Shown piece by piece: positions 47,346 to 61,951 of a stretch of DNA of 64,000 bases (positions are counted from its first letter, which is position 1; every line of letters starts with the position of its first letter). The translations under genes were made by a program, and so were the position numbers. The notes below the pieces were generated by a model. That model was not told the origin of the DNA. It saw nothing but the letters and a program-made list of their open reading frames with translations, and did no database searches. The DNA is taken from the NCBI GenBank assembly GCA_051294375.1, contig CM119270.1:19223572-19287571 (forward strand), given 5' to 3'. The DNA is from Paraspadella gotoi (taxonomy: Eukaryota; Animalia; Chaetognatha).

Positions 47346-49712
47346 CAGGGATGCTGGAGGCGGTGAATTCGCACCGCCTCCACTCCCGCCTCGAGACCCC
47401 CTCGCCTCCGGTTTTGCGTTTCGCCTCTCTTTTTTTTAGCCCGGATCGCCTCCGCGTTCGCCTCTTGAACGCCTCCGGCTTTTTGTTTAAAATTTATTTA
47501 TAGTTTTGTATTTGATAATATGTTTTTTTAATTCAGATCAATGACATGAAAAAACTTTCAAATTTGTTATGTTTAAAATTAATAAATAAATAAATAAATA
47601 TTTTTTTTTTTTTTAAATGTATATGTTTTAACTTTTCAAATCTTTTAACAAAATATATATTTTAAACAATTTTTGCAAGACATTTTAAAAAAGAGAGGAG
47701 GAGAGAGAGGAGAAAGAGAAAGAAAGAAAAAAAAAAAGAAATGGGAGAGAAAGAGATAAAGCTTCTAAAAAATACTTAGGAAAGGATATTATTGAGAATA
47801 AAATAAATTTATTTTATATGACTTTATTCATTTCTTTTATTTACTCTTATTCTCTTCACTCACTCTTTTTCCTCTTTCTCTCTCTCTTACTTTCTCTGTT
47901 TCCTTTATTTTTTTATTTTACTATTTTTTTTTTCTATTCTTTTTTACTTCTCAATCAACATTTTATTAATTTAATATGATAATTAAATTAAAAAAGACAA
48001 TATATTATTTTAACTAATTGTTTAAAAAAATATCAATTAAAAATCAAAAATGTTAGTAGTATTCCAAATCAGTAAAAATCGAATTGTATAATTTCTTTAA
48101 AAAATTATAATATTACATAATTTTATATATTTTTATTATTTGGCATAGAAAAAAATTTCTTCTTGTTTTCAATTCAAGCTGAAAGTTTTTAGTTTTACTT
48201 AGAATAAAAAAAACAAAAATGCTGGATCTGTGACGATCATTAGCGATAATTAATTAATTAGTTAAAATAATAATTAATTAGTTTCTTATATATTAATTAT
48301 TAATAAATTAATTATTCTTACAAACTAACAACAAATGGATAATTGTTATATTGTTTGTACCAATTTTATAATTGTTTTTTAAATAAAAATGATAATTTAA
48401 ATTTAATATAAAATTAAAACCATATAAGTTAAAAGGTAATATAAATTTAAAAAATTACAAAAAGAGAAAAATAAATATAAGTTAAAAAATAATATAAGTT
48501 AAGAAAATAGGCAAGTTTAAAAAATGCTGCAATTGAAAAAAAATGATGAAGTTGAAAATGATATAGTTAAAAAATTATGCATTCAAAAAATGATGCGAGA
48601 TAAAAATGATTTAAAATTAAAAAAATGATATAAGGTGCAAAAATGATGTAAGTTAAAAAATAATGCAAATCAAAAAAAATGTAAATCAAAAAAATATTAT
48701 AAATCAAAAAAATAATGGAAGTTAAAAAATGATGCAAGTTTCAAAATAATGCAAATTAAAAACAATGAAATGAATTAAAAATGATGCAAGTTAAAAAATT
48801 AATGCAAATCAAAAAAAATATACAACTTAAAAATGAAGCTAGTTTAAAAAAATGATGCAAGTTAAAAAATGATCCAAGATAAAAAGCATGATGCAAGTTG
48901 GAAAAATAATACAAATTAAAAAAATAATGCAATTCAAAAATTATATAGGTTAAAAAAATAATGCAAATTAAAAATATGATTCAAGTTGTAAATAATATAA
49001 ATAAAAAAATAATCCATGTTAAAAAAATTATGCAGTTGAAAAAATGATGCCAGTTAAAATAATAATGCAAATTCAAAAAAAGATCCAAGTTAAAAAATGA
49101 TGCTAGATAAAAAATTATTTGATTAATAAAATCAATAAAGTAAATGAATAAATAAATAGAATTATGAATAAATGATTTAATTAAATATTCATAGGAATAA
49201 ATTAACAAATTTAATTAATTATTCATAGGAATAAATTAACAATTTAATTAAATAATTCATAGGAATAAATTAACAATTAATTATCTTTTATTTAAAATAA
49301 AAAAAATTGAGTGAATGAATGCATTAAAAGAAAAAGATATAAAATATATGCTTATGTACAACTTATTAGATAAAATAATATAAACAGAACCAAATTTTTT
49401 TTTTGAATAAAAATATGTTAATAAAAACAATGGCAGCTGATAAACGCTTCAGAATTTTAGCAATATCTAAATTTGAAAAAAAGAACAATTTTTGGAACAA
49501 TAGAAAGGTTTTTAATTTGGCAAAAACCTTTTGATTTTCGCCTATTAAAAACAAAAGCACAAGAGGCCGAACGCGCAACGTTTTTTTTTGGCGGCCTCCG
49601 CATTCGTCTCCTTCTCCCAATTTTTGACTTCTTGTCCAAGTTCGCCACCTCAAAAAACATGCGCCTTCCGCGCGTTTCCAACTCCGCCTCCCGGATCGCG
49701 TCTGCATCTCTG
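47346..49712. mobile_element. Non-autonomous hAT-like element
   Basis: Ends CAGGGATGC...GCATCTCTG flanked by GGTGGGG on both sides. Subterminal CGCCTC repeats at both ends. AT-rich interior with a degenerate AAAAATGATGCAAGTT minisatellite (about 48400-49110). Confidence 0.75.
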
Positions 49713-49809
49713 GGTGGGGTAGGGGGTAGGTGCGGCCTAAGAAGAAATTCCGACGAAGAGAGAAAAAAAAATTCCATCGCAAAAATCCTTTTATTTTCAT
49801 CGACGGAAA

Positions 49810-50090
49810 ATTTTAATGAACAATTGTTCTGCTTAAATATTTTTCCAATATATATTTACAATTCTATGTCGAATATTTTTGCAAGTTATACTTCATTCAA
49901 CGCCAGAGTTGTTACAAAATTTCTACTGTTTATTGAAGTACAGAGGAGTGGTCGATTTAAAAAATATTTTTTTTAATTTTAAATGTTTTTTTCTTTTTGG
50001 ATTTGATACATCGGAAACTGACTTTAAAGTATGACATAAAAGATGTCAGTAGAATTTATTTTCATTTTTATTTAGGCGATATAATACTCT

Positions 50091-50148
<58 letters not shown>

Positions 50149-50271
50149 CTCTCTCTCCTATATCGTTCGACCTTTTCGTCTTGTATTGTAAGCGACAGAA
50201 ATTGTTTTGAGAGGAAACAAAGTCGGGGGGAAATCGTGTTCGGAGGAGAAGAGAGAGAGAGAGAAAGAGAG

Positions 50272-50342
<71 letters not shown>

Positions 50343-51295
50343 CAAGAGAGAGCAAGCGATAGGAACTGGAATATCCTAACCGTGATGACGGCGGAGAATC
50401 GATTACACGCAACGCCACGCTGCGTTTCGCAGATGGTCCGTTGCACGAGGTGAATATTGAGCGAGCGACGCCCGGGCCGAAACATGAAACATGGTTTATG
50501 ACATATTACATACGAAGACACCGACTAAAATTTTATGTCATATAAAAATAGTGTTGGCCCCAAAAATTGAAATGAAATTATTAAATGCGAGAGATTTAGC
50601 AAATATACAGCATGGAAAACGAAAGCATGGGAGGCAAAAGCATGCTGGCCGAGCATGGAATCAAGGATATAACGCAATGGGGAAATTAGAGGAGACATGC
50701 CGGGATGCGGNNNNNNNNNNNNNNNNNNNNNNNNNAATGAAAAATTGTTCTGATTAAATATTTTTCCAATATATATTTACAATTCTATGTCGATATTTTT
50801 GCAGTTATACTTCATTCAAGGCCAGAGTTGTTACAAATTTCTACTGTTTATTTGAAGTACAGAGGCGTGGTCGATTTAAAAAAAATATTTTTTTAATTTT
50901 AAAATTTTTTTTCTTTTGGATTTGATACATCGGAAACTGACATTAAAGTATGACATAAAAGATGTCAGTAGAATTTTATTTTCATTTTCATTTAGGCGAT
51001 ATAATNNNNNNNNNNNNNNNNNNNNNNNNNNNNNNNNNNNNNNNNNNNNNNNNNNNNNNNNNNNNNNNNNNNNNNNNNNNNNNNNNNNNNNNNNNNNNNN
51101 NNNNNNNNNNNNNNNNNNNNNNNNNNNNNNNNNNNNNNNNNNNNNNNNNNNNNNNNNNNNNNNNNNNNCTCTCTCTCTCTCTCTCTCTCCTATTTCGTTC
51201 GACTTTTCGTCTTGTATTGTAAGCGACAGAAATTGTTTTGAGAGGAAACAAAGTCGGCGGGAAATCGTGTTCGGAGGAGAAAGAGAGAGAGAGAG

Positions 51296-51345
<50 letters not shown>

Positions 51346-51730
51346 CAAGAGAGAGCAAGCGATAGGAACCTGGAATATCCTAGACCGTTGATGACGGCGG
51401 AGAATCGATTACACGCAACGCCAACGCTGCGTTTCGCAGATGGTCGTTGCACGAGGTGAATATTGAGCGAGCGACGCCCGGGGCCGAAACATGAAACATG
51501 GTTTATGACATATTACATACGAAGACAACCGACTAAAATCGTTTTATGTCATATAAAAATAGTGTTGGCCCCAAAAATTGAAATGGAAATTATTAAATGC
51601 GAGAGATTTAGCAAATATACAGCATGGAAAACGATAGCATGGGAGGCAAAAGCATGCTGGACGAGCATGGAATCAAGGATATAACGCAATGGGGAAGTTA
51701 GAGGAGACATGCCGGGTATGCGGTTCATGT
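49810..51730. repeat. Duplicated block across a gap (49810-50710 and 50737-51730)
   Basis: Colinear near-identical copies either side of a short N run; probably an unmerged overlap. Confidence 0.8.
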
Positions 51731-52264
51731 AGGGCGTCATGGGGGCAAGGGTGTCATAAATACGGCTTGAGGAAAATTCGAAATATCACAGGGTGTGATA
51801 AGCGGGCATGCGGTTATTTAAGAAAGGCATGAAATGGGGACATGANNNNNNNNNNNNNNNNNNNNNNNNNNNNNNNNNNNNNNNNNNNNNNNNNNNNNNN
51901 NNNNNNNNNNNNNNNNNNNNNNNNNNNNNNNNNNNNNNNNNNNNNNNNNNNNNNNNNNNNNNNNNNNNNNNNNNNNNNNNNNNNNNNNNNNNNNNNNNNN
52001 NNNNNNNNNNNNNNNNNNNNNNNNNNNNNNNNNNNNNNNNNNNNNNNNNNNNNNNNNNNNNNNNNNNNNNNNNNNNNNNNNNNNNNNNNNNNNNNNNNNN
52101 NNNNNNNNNNNNNNNCTCTCTCTCTCTCTCTCGCGGTCGAGTCCGGAGATTCTGTTTGTTCAACGGGATGGACAGACTCATTCATTTGCATAATGAGGAT
52201 ACGCGAACGGCTTTTGGCCGCTCATTTTTCGACGGCGGCTTTCGGCGGCGATTGTAGGGCACAA

Positions 52265-52297
<33 letters not shown>

Positions 52298-52829
52298 GTT
52301 GTCACCATGACTTACTTTCTACGCTGTTTCCAGCTCATTGCTGTGCGTCCATACGTCGTTGGCTTCATTGATGACGAGCTACAGCGAAGGAAAAAAAATA
52401 TTAGAAAGCTTTCTGATTGGTTGATTTGGGATGAATGATTGGTCGAGATTGCTGTTGATCCTAAGTCTAACCCTTTTCTGTGTTTTAATATGTGAAAACT
52501 ATCTCATATCTAATACGTGATATAACGTAAACTATAATAAAATTCAATATATACAAAAATTAGGTCGAATTAAAAATGAGAAACACAACAAAAATACCTG
52601 AGCGACTTTGACTCAAAGAAAACCGAACGATGAGTGACGAGTGAGGTGAAAAAGGTCGAGTGTCATAGGTGTTGTGTCCCGTAACAGTCGCCAACAAGAG
52701 TAGCAGTGAGAGAGAAAAGAAGAAGAGAGCGAGAGCAAGAGAGAGGATGCAGAAGCGATGAAGGAGACTGAGACGAGCGAAGAGAGAGAGAGACGAAGAG
52801 TGGAGGAGCAGAGAGAGAAGTAGTAGAGA

Positions 52830-55800
52830 GTGCAACCAATTGTCGCGCAGGGAGGGTGGTAGTAGTGGACGTCAGTCTCGTGTGTAGGAAGCAGTCATGT
52901 AGGCCAAAGGTGTGCAACGCGCCGCGGTCCGAGAACGCAACTTCGCCCCGTACCGTACGTGTGTGTGTGTCGTCGTCGTGTTCGTCCGTCCGTACCTGCC
53001 GTCGGTCCGTCCCACCTCCGTCCGTGTCCGTCCGTCCTCCGTTCTACGTGTACCGTCCGTCGGTGTCCCCATAAGCAGTCGTTCCTGTCGTCGTCACGTG
53101 TCCGTCGGTTCCTCGTGTCGTTGTGTCCGTTCGGTCCACTCCGAGTAGTGTGTACCACCGTCGTCACAGTGTTCGTGTGTGTGTCCGTGTGTTGTGTTAT
53201 CGTTTGTGTTTCGTTGTGTCGTCCGTCAGTGTTATCAGTGTCTGTTATCTTCTGTTTCAACCCGTGTGCGTTTAGTGTATGTCAAGTTAAGTAGTACAAG
53301 TGTGTCGTGAAAAAGATGTAAACGTGTGTCGTTCGTGTTGGTATCCACGTGTCTGTAAAGATTCGTGTCGTGTCGTAGTTGTCGTAAAGTGTGTCTCCGT
53401 GTCCGTGTGTGTCGTGGTAGTGTCATAGTCGTGTGTGTGTCGTGTCTGTACCTATCGTAACGTGTCCACGTGTCCGTGTTCTCCAGTCCACCGTAATCGG
53501 TCTGTGTGTCTGTCGTGTGTCCGCCAGTCGTGTCCGTCCGTCGTGTCCGTCCGTCCGTCCTGTCTCCGTACCGTCCGTCCGTCCCGTCCTCCCCTACCAC
53601 ACACAAAACAAGTGTCCGTACCGTCGTTCCAGTAGAATCGTGTCTCGTGTTGTCACGAAAGTGAAAAGAGAAAAAAGTCGTGTCGTAGTGTCGTCCGTTG
53701 TCGTTTTCCAGTGTGTGTAGTCCAGTGTCGTCGTAGTTTGTCCCAGTGTGTTTGTACAGTGTGTGTTCGTGTGTAGTGTTCCGTGTGTGTGTGTGTCCCG
53801 TGTGTGTGTCGCTGTGTCGCTGTCCAGTCTGTCGTTGTGTACACGTGTCCGTGTGTGTCGTGTCGCGCGTAGTGTCGAAGGTCGTGCGATGATGTGTTTG
53901 TGTCGTTGTCACGGTCTGTCGTGTCAGTTTCACCGTGTCAAGTGTAGTTGTTGTGTCGTTTGTGTGTCACGGGTGAAGTAGTTGTTTGTTTCGTCGTGTC
54001 CGTGTGTCACGGTGTTTCAGTGGATTCAAAGTGTCCCGTGTTTTGTGTCAAAAAAAAAGAATACAATGTGTAAAATGAAAAGTCCGTGTCGGTCGGTTAA
54101 AGTATCGGATAGTAACGAAGTTGTGTGTGTGTGTGTCGGTGTGTTAACGGACAGTGCGTGGAACGCGAGTTTGTAGCGGAGTGTTGTGGTGAAGTGTCGG
54201 TGTTGGTATGTCGAGTCGTGGAGTCAAAGGAAGTGTGTTAACCAACCACGGAGTGTTTACGTATGTTGAAGTGCCGAGTGTCACGCACGTTACCACCGGT
54301 TCAAGTACGACCATGCATACGAATTCTGCGTGTACGACGTAGTAGCCAGCGACCATGTCGAACGTACCCAGTCGTGTAGCGACCAGTGTCGTACGACTCG
54401 TGCACTACTTCAGTGGCGTGTGGCCGGACCAGGCCGGAGAACGTGTAGTCTGTCGTACCGGTCACGTACGACCAGTGCGTGTCCGATAGTAGTGGTGTGT
54501 GTCGAAGCATAGGTGTAGCGTGTCCAGTGCCGTCACTACGACCAGTGCCAGCGAGTGGCAGTCCGAGCAACGAAGCGTCCCTGTGTAGTCCGAGTGTGTC
54601 CAAATCGGCCGAAACCAAGAGTGACAACAGTTGTGTGTAACCTCACGAAAAAAAGGAAAAGTTGTTCGTGTTGTTGTCGTCAGTCAGGTCGGATGTGTGT
54701 GGTGTCCGGTGTAAGTAGGAAGGGTCAGTGTCAGCGTGTCGTGCGTAGTGTCGGTAAAAGTTTGTGTGTGAGTTTGTGTTACGGCAGGTAGTTTTCCAAA
54801 CGCGCCCAGTGTGTCAGCTGTAAATGTCCAGAATGAAACGTAGTGTGTGTAAAGATAGTGCGGGTGTAAGAGAGTAGTAACGTGAGCGACGGGTGGCGGT
54901 GTAAAAGGTAGGGTAGTAGAAGTGTGGGTTTAGCAGAGTAGTGTTAAGGAGTCAGCGGCGTGAGGAACAGAAACGTTGTGCAGGGAACGTGTGTCCGTAA
55001 AAGTAGGTGCCGAATTCTTGTGTGTGTCGTCGTCGTCCGTGTGTTATTGTTGTGTTGTCCGTTCCGTTGTGATGAGTGTCAGTGTCAAGTGTTGTCGTGT
55101 GTGTGTCGGTCGTCGAAAGTGTGTGGGGTGTCAAAAAAAGTGTGTTGAAGGAGCAAAAAAAAAGTCGTGTCGGTGTGTTGTGTGTGGGGTGTCGCAGTGT
55201 TAGTGTGTGTGGAAGAAAAGTTCAAAAACGTGTAACGTCGCCTCCTCGAGTGTGGTGTGTCGGTCCCGATGGTGTCCACGTGCGTGTCAGTAGTGTTGTC
55301 CAAAGTGTGGTGTGTTCTGGTCGTAGAGAAGTTGTAGGTCAGTCAACGAAAGTCAGTGTGTTGTCAACGCGTGTTCACAAAAAGTAGTACGGTGTGTGTG
55401 GTCGGAAAAAGTCGGCGCGATAGTTGAAAAGTGTTTTCAGTGTGTGTAAAGTAAGTGTGTATGTTGGGACGAGGTCATTGAAGTAGTTGTGTGTGTGTAA
55501 AGTTGTGTGTACCACTGCAGGTGTTACTGTTGCACGTAAGTGTGTCCCTGCGTGTGTGTGTGTGTCGGTCAGGTAAAACCGTCGTACAAGTACAAGGTCG
55601 ATCAGTCGAGTACAGGTGTGACACAACATGTCAACTGCGGTGTTAGTGCGTAGTCGGTAAGTGTGTCTGACAAACTCCGTGGTGGTGTCAGTAGTGAAAC
55701 CGTCGTGTGGGTCAAACGTCCTCAGTCGTCGGTGTACTGTGTAAAAAGTCGTCGTTGGTGTAGTAAAAGGTGCGTGCACAAACGTCGCGCGTCGTGCCTG

Positions 55801-56543
55801 TCGTCGTCGGGTCGTGTGTCGTGTGTTGTTTGTTGTCCCCGGGCTGCGGAGGTGTGTATGCACAAAGTGTAAAAGTGCAAACGGCAGCGCACAAGTCGGA
55901 CGTGTGTGTAGTGATGAGTGTGTCAGCGCGTATTCGAAGCCGTAATGTGTGTGTGGACCGAAAACAGAGAAGAGAAACCAGCGTGTGCTGTTGTGGGGTC
56001 AGTGTGTGAGCGCGGAGGAAGGTGTGTGTGTTTCAAAAAAAGTGTGTTTGTGGGGGTCAGTGTGTTGAGAGGTGTTGTGTGTTGTTCAGTTTGAGATGAA
56101 GTGTGTGCGGTGTGTAGCAGAAAACGCGTGTGTGTGTAGTGTCAAGAGTAGTCAGTAAGTGCAAGCGCGTAGTAGGTAGTAAGTGTCGTGTCGTAATACA
56201 ACAGTGTACAAAGAACAAAGAATAACAACGTGTACGTCATGTAATGTAGTAGTCGTCAAAAGTGTGTACAAATCGTCAAAAGTTGTGTGTAAGTGTTGTG
56301 TCGTGGCAACAAGTGACGGCCATAAAAAGTGTTGTGTGTGTGTGTGTCGTTGTAGTGTGGTAGTTGTCGTCGGGCTCCCGCGTGTATAAGTGTGTAGTTC
56401 AGTTAGAGTCGTCGTGTCAGTGTCAAGTGCAGTTGGGGTCGTCGTGGTCCCTCGTTATTCGTCGTGTATGTCCGTCCCCCCGCCCCCAAATGTACCCTCC
56501 CCCCCCCCGTAATCAAGTGTCGTGTTCGTCGTCCTGTTGTGTT
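52830..56543. other. Corrupted copy of 56581-59310 with G inserted before most T (probable sequencing artefact)
   Basis: CCTCCTACTTTTTTCTCTC becomes CCGTACCGTACGTGTGTGTGTGTCGTCGTC. Colinear over the whole block. Confidence 0.9.
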
Positions 56544-59500
56544 NNNNNNNNNNNNNNNNNNNNNNNNNGAGAGAGAGAGAGTGGAACCAATTTTCGAGGC
56601 GAGGTGGATATGGACTCATCTCTTTAGGAAGAGTCATACGGCCAAGTGTGCAACGCGCGCGTCCGAAACGCAACTCGCCCCTCCTACTTTTTTCTCTCTT
56701 TCTCCTCCTCCTCCTCCTCCTCCTCCTCCTTCCTCCTCCTCCTTCTACTTCCTCCTCTTCCCCAAAGATCTTCCTTCTCTCACTTCCTCTTCCTCTTCTT
56801 TTCCGTTCGTCCACTCCGATGATTTCCACCTTCCATTTCTTTTTCCTTTTTTTTCTTTTTTTCTTTTCTCCTTTTATCATTTCTTTTCTCTTTTCAACCC
56901 TTTGTTTATTATTCAATTAATAAACATTTTGTAAAAAGATAAACTTTCTTCTTTGTATCCACTTCTTAAAGATTCTTCTTCTATTTCTCATTTCTCCTTC
57001 CTTTTCTTATTCATATCTTTTTCTTCTCCTACTAACTTCCACTTCCTTCTCCATCCACCGTAATCGTCTTTTTTCTTCCGCCTCTTCCTCCTCTTCCTCC
57101 TCCTCCTTCTCCTCCTCCTCCTCCTCCTCCCCACACACACAAAACAATTCCTCCTCCTTCCATAGAATCTTCTCTTTTCACGAAATGAAAGGAAAAAATC
57201 GTTTTATTCTCCTTTCTTTTCCATTTTTCCCATTTTTTTCCCATTTTTTACATTTTTCTGTCCTTTTTTTCCCTTTTTCGCTTTCGCTTCCATTTTTTTT
57301 CACTTCCTTTTCTTCCGCTATTCGAGTCTGCGAGATTTTTTTCTTTCACGTCTCTTCAATTTCACCTTCAATTTTTTTTTCTTTTTTCACGGTGAATATT
57401 TTTTTTCTCTTCCTTTTCACGTTTTCATGGATTCAAATTCCCTGTTTTCAAAAAAAAAGAACCAATTTAAAAGAAAATCCTTCGTCGTAAATATCGGATA
57501 TAACGAATTTTTTTGTTCGTTTTAACGGACATGCTGAACGGATTTAGCGGATTTTGTGAATTCGTTTGTTTGATCTGGAGTCAAGAATTTTCCCAACCAC
57601 GGATTTTCTATTGAATGCGATCACGACTACCACCGTCAATACGACCATGCATACGAATCTGCTTACGACTATGCCAGCGACCATGCGAACTACCATCTTA
57701 GCGACCATGTCTACGACTCTGACTACCATGCTTGCGACCAGGCCGGAGAACTTATCTTCTACCGTCACTACGACCATGCTTCCGAATATGTTTTCGAGCA
57801 TGTTAGCTTCCATGCCTCACTACGACCATGCCAGCGAGGCATCGAGGCAACGAAGCTCCCTTATCCGATTTCCAAATCGGCGAAACCAAGAGACAACATT
57901 TTAACCTCACGAAAAAAAGGAAAATTTTCTTTTTTCTCATCATCGGATTTTGTTCCGTTAAGAGGAAGGGTCATTCAGCTTCTCTATTCGTAAAATTTTT
58001 TGATTTTTAGGCATTATTTTCCAAACGCGCCCATTTCAGCTTAAATTCAGAATGAAATATGTTTAAAGAATGGGTAAGAGATATAACTGAGGACGTGGGT
58101 TAAAAGTAAGGTTAGGGAATTGGGTTAGAGATATGGTTAAGGATCAGGGTGAGGAACAGAAATTGGGGACTTTCGTAAAATAGTGCCGAATCTTTTTTCT
58201 CTCTCCTTTTATTTTTTTCCTTCCTTTGAGATGTCAGTCAATTTTCTTTTTCGTCTCGAAATTTGGGTCAAAAAAATTTGAAGGAGAAAAAAAATCTTCG
58301 TTTTTTTGGGTTCGATTTAGTTTTGGAAGAAAATCAAAACTTAACTCGCTCCTCGATTGTTTCGTCCCCGATTTCACTGTTCATATTTTCCAAATTGTTT
58401 TCGTTAGAATTTGTCATCACGAAATCATTTTTCAACGTCTTTCACAAAATTACGTTTGTCGAAAAATCGGCGCGAAGTGAAAATTTTTATTTTAAATATT
58501 TATTGGGACCGAGTATGAATATTTTTTTAAATTTTTACCCTGCAATCTCTCTCTGACTAATTCATCTTTTTTTCTGTAGTAAAATCTGCTACAATACATC
58601 CGATCAATCGTGACACTTATACAACATCCACACCTAGGTTTTTGTACGTATATGTTCTGGTTGACAAACTGGCCTGTGGTGTCAGTTGAACTACGCGGTC
58701 TGAGCAACTCCTAATCTCGTTATAAATTCATGTGTTTAAAAGTCTTGACAAACTCGCGTCTGCCTCTCTCGGTCTTTCCTTTTTTTTTCCCCCGGGCTGC
58801 GGAGTTTATAGCTAATATAGACAATGCAACGAGGACATCGGCTTTTATGGATTTCAGCTTCGAAGCCTAATTTTGGGACCGAAAACGAGAGAGAACCAGC
58901 TTTTTTTGGGTCATTTGAGGGAGGGGAAGGGTTTTTTTCTAAAAAAAATTTTTGGTGGGTCATTTTGAGAGGGTTTTTTTTTTTCAGGAGAATTGTGCGT
59001 TGTAGCAGAAACGGTTTGTTCAAGATATCATAATGCAAGGTATATCGTGATATAATTCTTTCCTAACAACATTACAAAGAACAAAGAAAACAACTTACTC
59101 ATCTAATTTATTCCAAAAATTTAAACACAAAAATTTTTAATTTTTCTGGCAAAAATGACGAAAATGTTGTTTTTTTTTCTTATTGTATTCTCGGGTCCGT
59201 TAAATTATTAGATCTCTGTCATTCAATGCATTTGGTCTCTGTCCTCGTTTATTCTCTTATTCCTCCCCCCCCAAGATTACCCCCCCCCCTCCCTTACATC
59301 TTTCCCTTTTTTCTTCGCCTCTTTCACTAGAGAAACGTATCTTGTGTGTTTTTATGGTCGTCATCCCTATCTTAATGCCACCTCGGTTTCAGGCGTAGAC
59401 GAAACTATATCAATTCCCTAGTGAAGTAGCTCTCCTCCTCGCTTCGTTTTGAATAAGTCGAGATATCTCCAATGCTAAGCACAGATCCCGACGCTATTAT

Positions 59501-61264
59501 AATACTTCACCTTTTTATAAGAACACATCTTTCAGGGCAACTGTGATCTAGGTACTTCGTCTCCACCCCAGAGAGTAGATTCGAGAGGATACACATTTAT
59601 ATTCAAGATTCAGAAATCGAATTATGTATATTCAATTATTAAATATAATGATGTCGTCCGTCCGTCAGAGTACTTGTACGATCGATTCCGTGTAACGTCA
59701 TCCACCTTTTACAAAGACACCATAATACAACTCTGTGAATGGGATAGGGATAGTAATTAAATGAATTATGAGGGTGAGTGGGAGATAGGAGAGATGAGTG
59801 TGGATTGAGAAGGAGCATGATATGAAGTAGTCAGAGGAGAATCGATCCGAGTGAGGAGAGTGTAGAATGGAAAGAAAGAGAAAAAAAATATAATGACCTA
59901 TTTGTGAGAGGGCAACAGCAAGAGAGTAGGCAGACATAGAAGTGAGTGTGGAGCTCATTGAGGCTTCGGGAATTAACATGAGTATAATGGAGTAGAGAGT
60001 AGTGTATTGAAAACAGAATCAAGTTTTCGATGGTAATAGGTATTTGAGTCCGAATGAAGGATTATAATAAAACAATCAAAAAGCAATCTCTGTGTTTAAC
60101 AAGATATAATATGCTTCTTTTACACTTTTTATAAATAGTATCTGCAGATGATATTAAAAAATCAGGAGGATAGATAAATACAGAAGTATAATAACCATGA
60201 GATAAATAAAGAGTAGAATGACGAATAAAGTGATAAATGATAGAAGGAGGAGCAGAGATCAGAATCGCAGTCCACCCGGTCCCATCTTAGCAAAAGCTCA
60301 AATGGAAACCGTATGAATGAGCCAAGGGGAGAATTAAGAGGGGTAGAGGCCGAAACGTAGTAAAGGAGCGGATAGAGATAATTCTCCGTGATCGTGAATT
60401 CCTGTGTTGAGTGGAATATTCATAGTTAACACCGAGAACAACTGAAATCAATTTATAAAACTCTTACTTATATTTATCAATCAATATCTCTCAGAATATA
60501 TGTGGCACTAGATGAGTGAATTTGGAGTGAGAGTGTGGTAGCAGACGTTACACAGCAGAGAGAAATAGAGATATTCAGTAGAACACGTTACAGTGATGAG
60601 AGGATTAGAGATGGTTTTTCACTTGAATTCTTTTATTAAATACTTTTAAACGCATGATAGATTGAGATAGAAATTTTGTGAGCCGGTACGAAAGTGAGTG
60701 GAAGGAAGCTGATATTATCAGTTTTGGAGGGGGGGGGGGCGGCGGAGATGCAAGTTTGTACAAAAAATTGCAGTTGAAATGAGCAAGTTTTATCAAAAGC
60801 ATAAGGATCGTCGCCTATTGCTAATATAAAGAGAGAGATGATGACGAGAGAGAAAGAGAGAGTGAGAAGAGAGAGAGAGTGTGAGAGAGAGAGAGAGAGA
60901 GACATAATAAAAATCTTAAAAGACTCAAGATGCGAGGCAGAGCCCACGTACAAGAGAGAGAGATGAAATAAACCGGGAAAAAACGAAATGAAATCAATGC
61001 GAATAACGAATTGTTGATAGATTATAGTAATTTGATTGAGGTAATACTAATTGATTGCATGAAGAAGTAATTTTATTGATGTATAGGAAGTTCTGTTATT
61101 GATTCGATGATATTCCAATTATTGATGCGTATGATAGTCATTCACTGCCTTGTGATGATAGTCCATTCAGTGATGTGCGATGAAATTGCCATTCATTGAT
61201 TCAGATTGTCATTCATTGATGGCGAATGTATAGTCAATAAAAGCAACAAATGCGTGTATGAAGT

Positions 61265-61304
<40 letters not shown>

Positions 61305-61919
61305 AGAACCCAGAGAGAGAGACAGCAGAGAGAAAGCAGAAAGGGGAAGAGAATAAATCCTACGAAAATCTCGGATGAAAATATGGGATTTTTGTTTTTG
61401 GATATACAGTTGTCGTGAATATAATCGGCAATTATTTTGAGATGTATCATTCATGTAAATTTTTAAAACATCGATTCACTCAGCTAAAAGATGCGGGGAT
61501 CAGATAAAGGTGGCCAGTCTAGCAATATCACACTACAGAGTATTAGTATCAGAGAGACAAGAGAGAGAGGAAAAAGGAGAGAAGGGAGAGAGAGGACAGA
61601 AGGCCACGGACGCCTAGAGAGAGAAGAGAAGAAGAGGAGAGGCACGAGATGAGAGGAGAGGAGTAGAAGAGAGGGGAGAGAGAGGAGAGAGAGGAGAGCT
61701 CTAACAGCCAGAGTAATACACTACGTGATATCACGAAAACCTTTAGAATAAACCTCGATCCCCAATCACAAAGGCAGTACTTATGCGCCGCACGTAGCGT
61801 GAAGCTTCCATTCTCAATAACCCAATAGGATCCCGGGTTCGCGCCCTGTTCGCGCATCGTTTTTATACATTAGTGAATACCCATAAAATATATCTAAAAA
61901 ATTTTAGTTGATAAAAATC

Positions 61920-61951
<32 letters not shown>

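Noticed and set aside
52856-56520. Cys/Val-rich and Thr/His/Arg-rich ORFs
   Set aside because: Translations of the G-inserted artefactual copy.
57566-57904. Thr/Met-rich ORF as a fourth mucin paralog
   Set aside because: No signal exon, TRPPxWW motif or TM segment; explained by a degenerate CGACCATG repeat.
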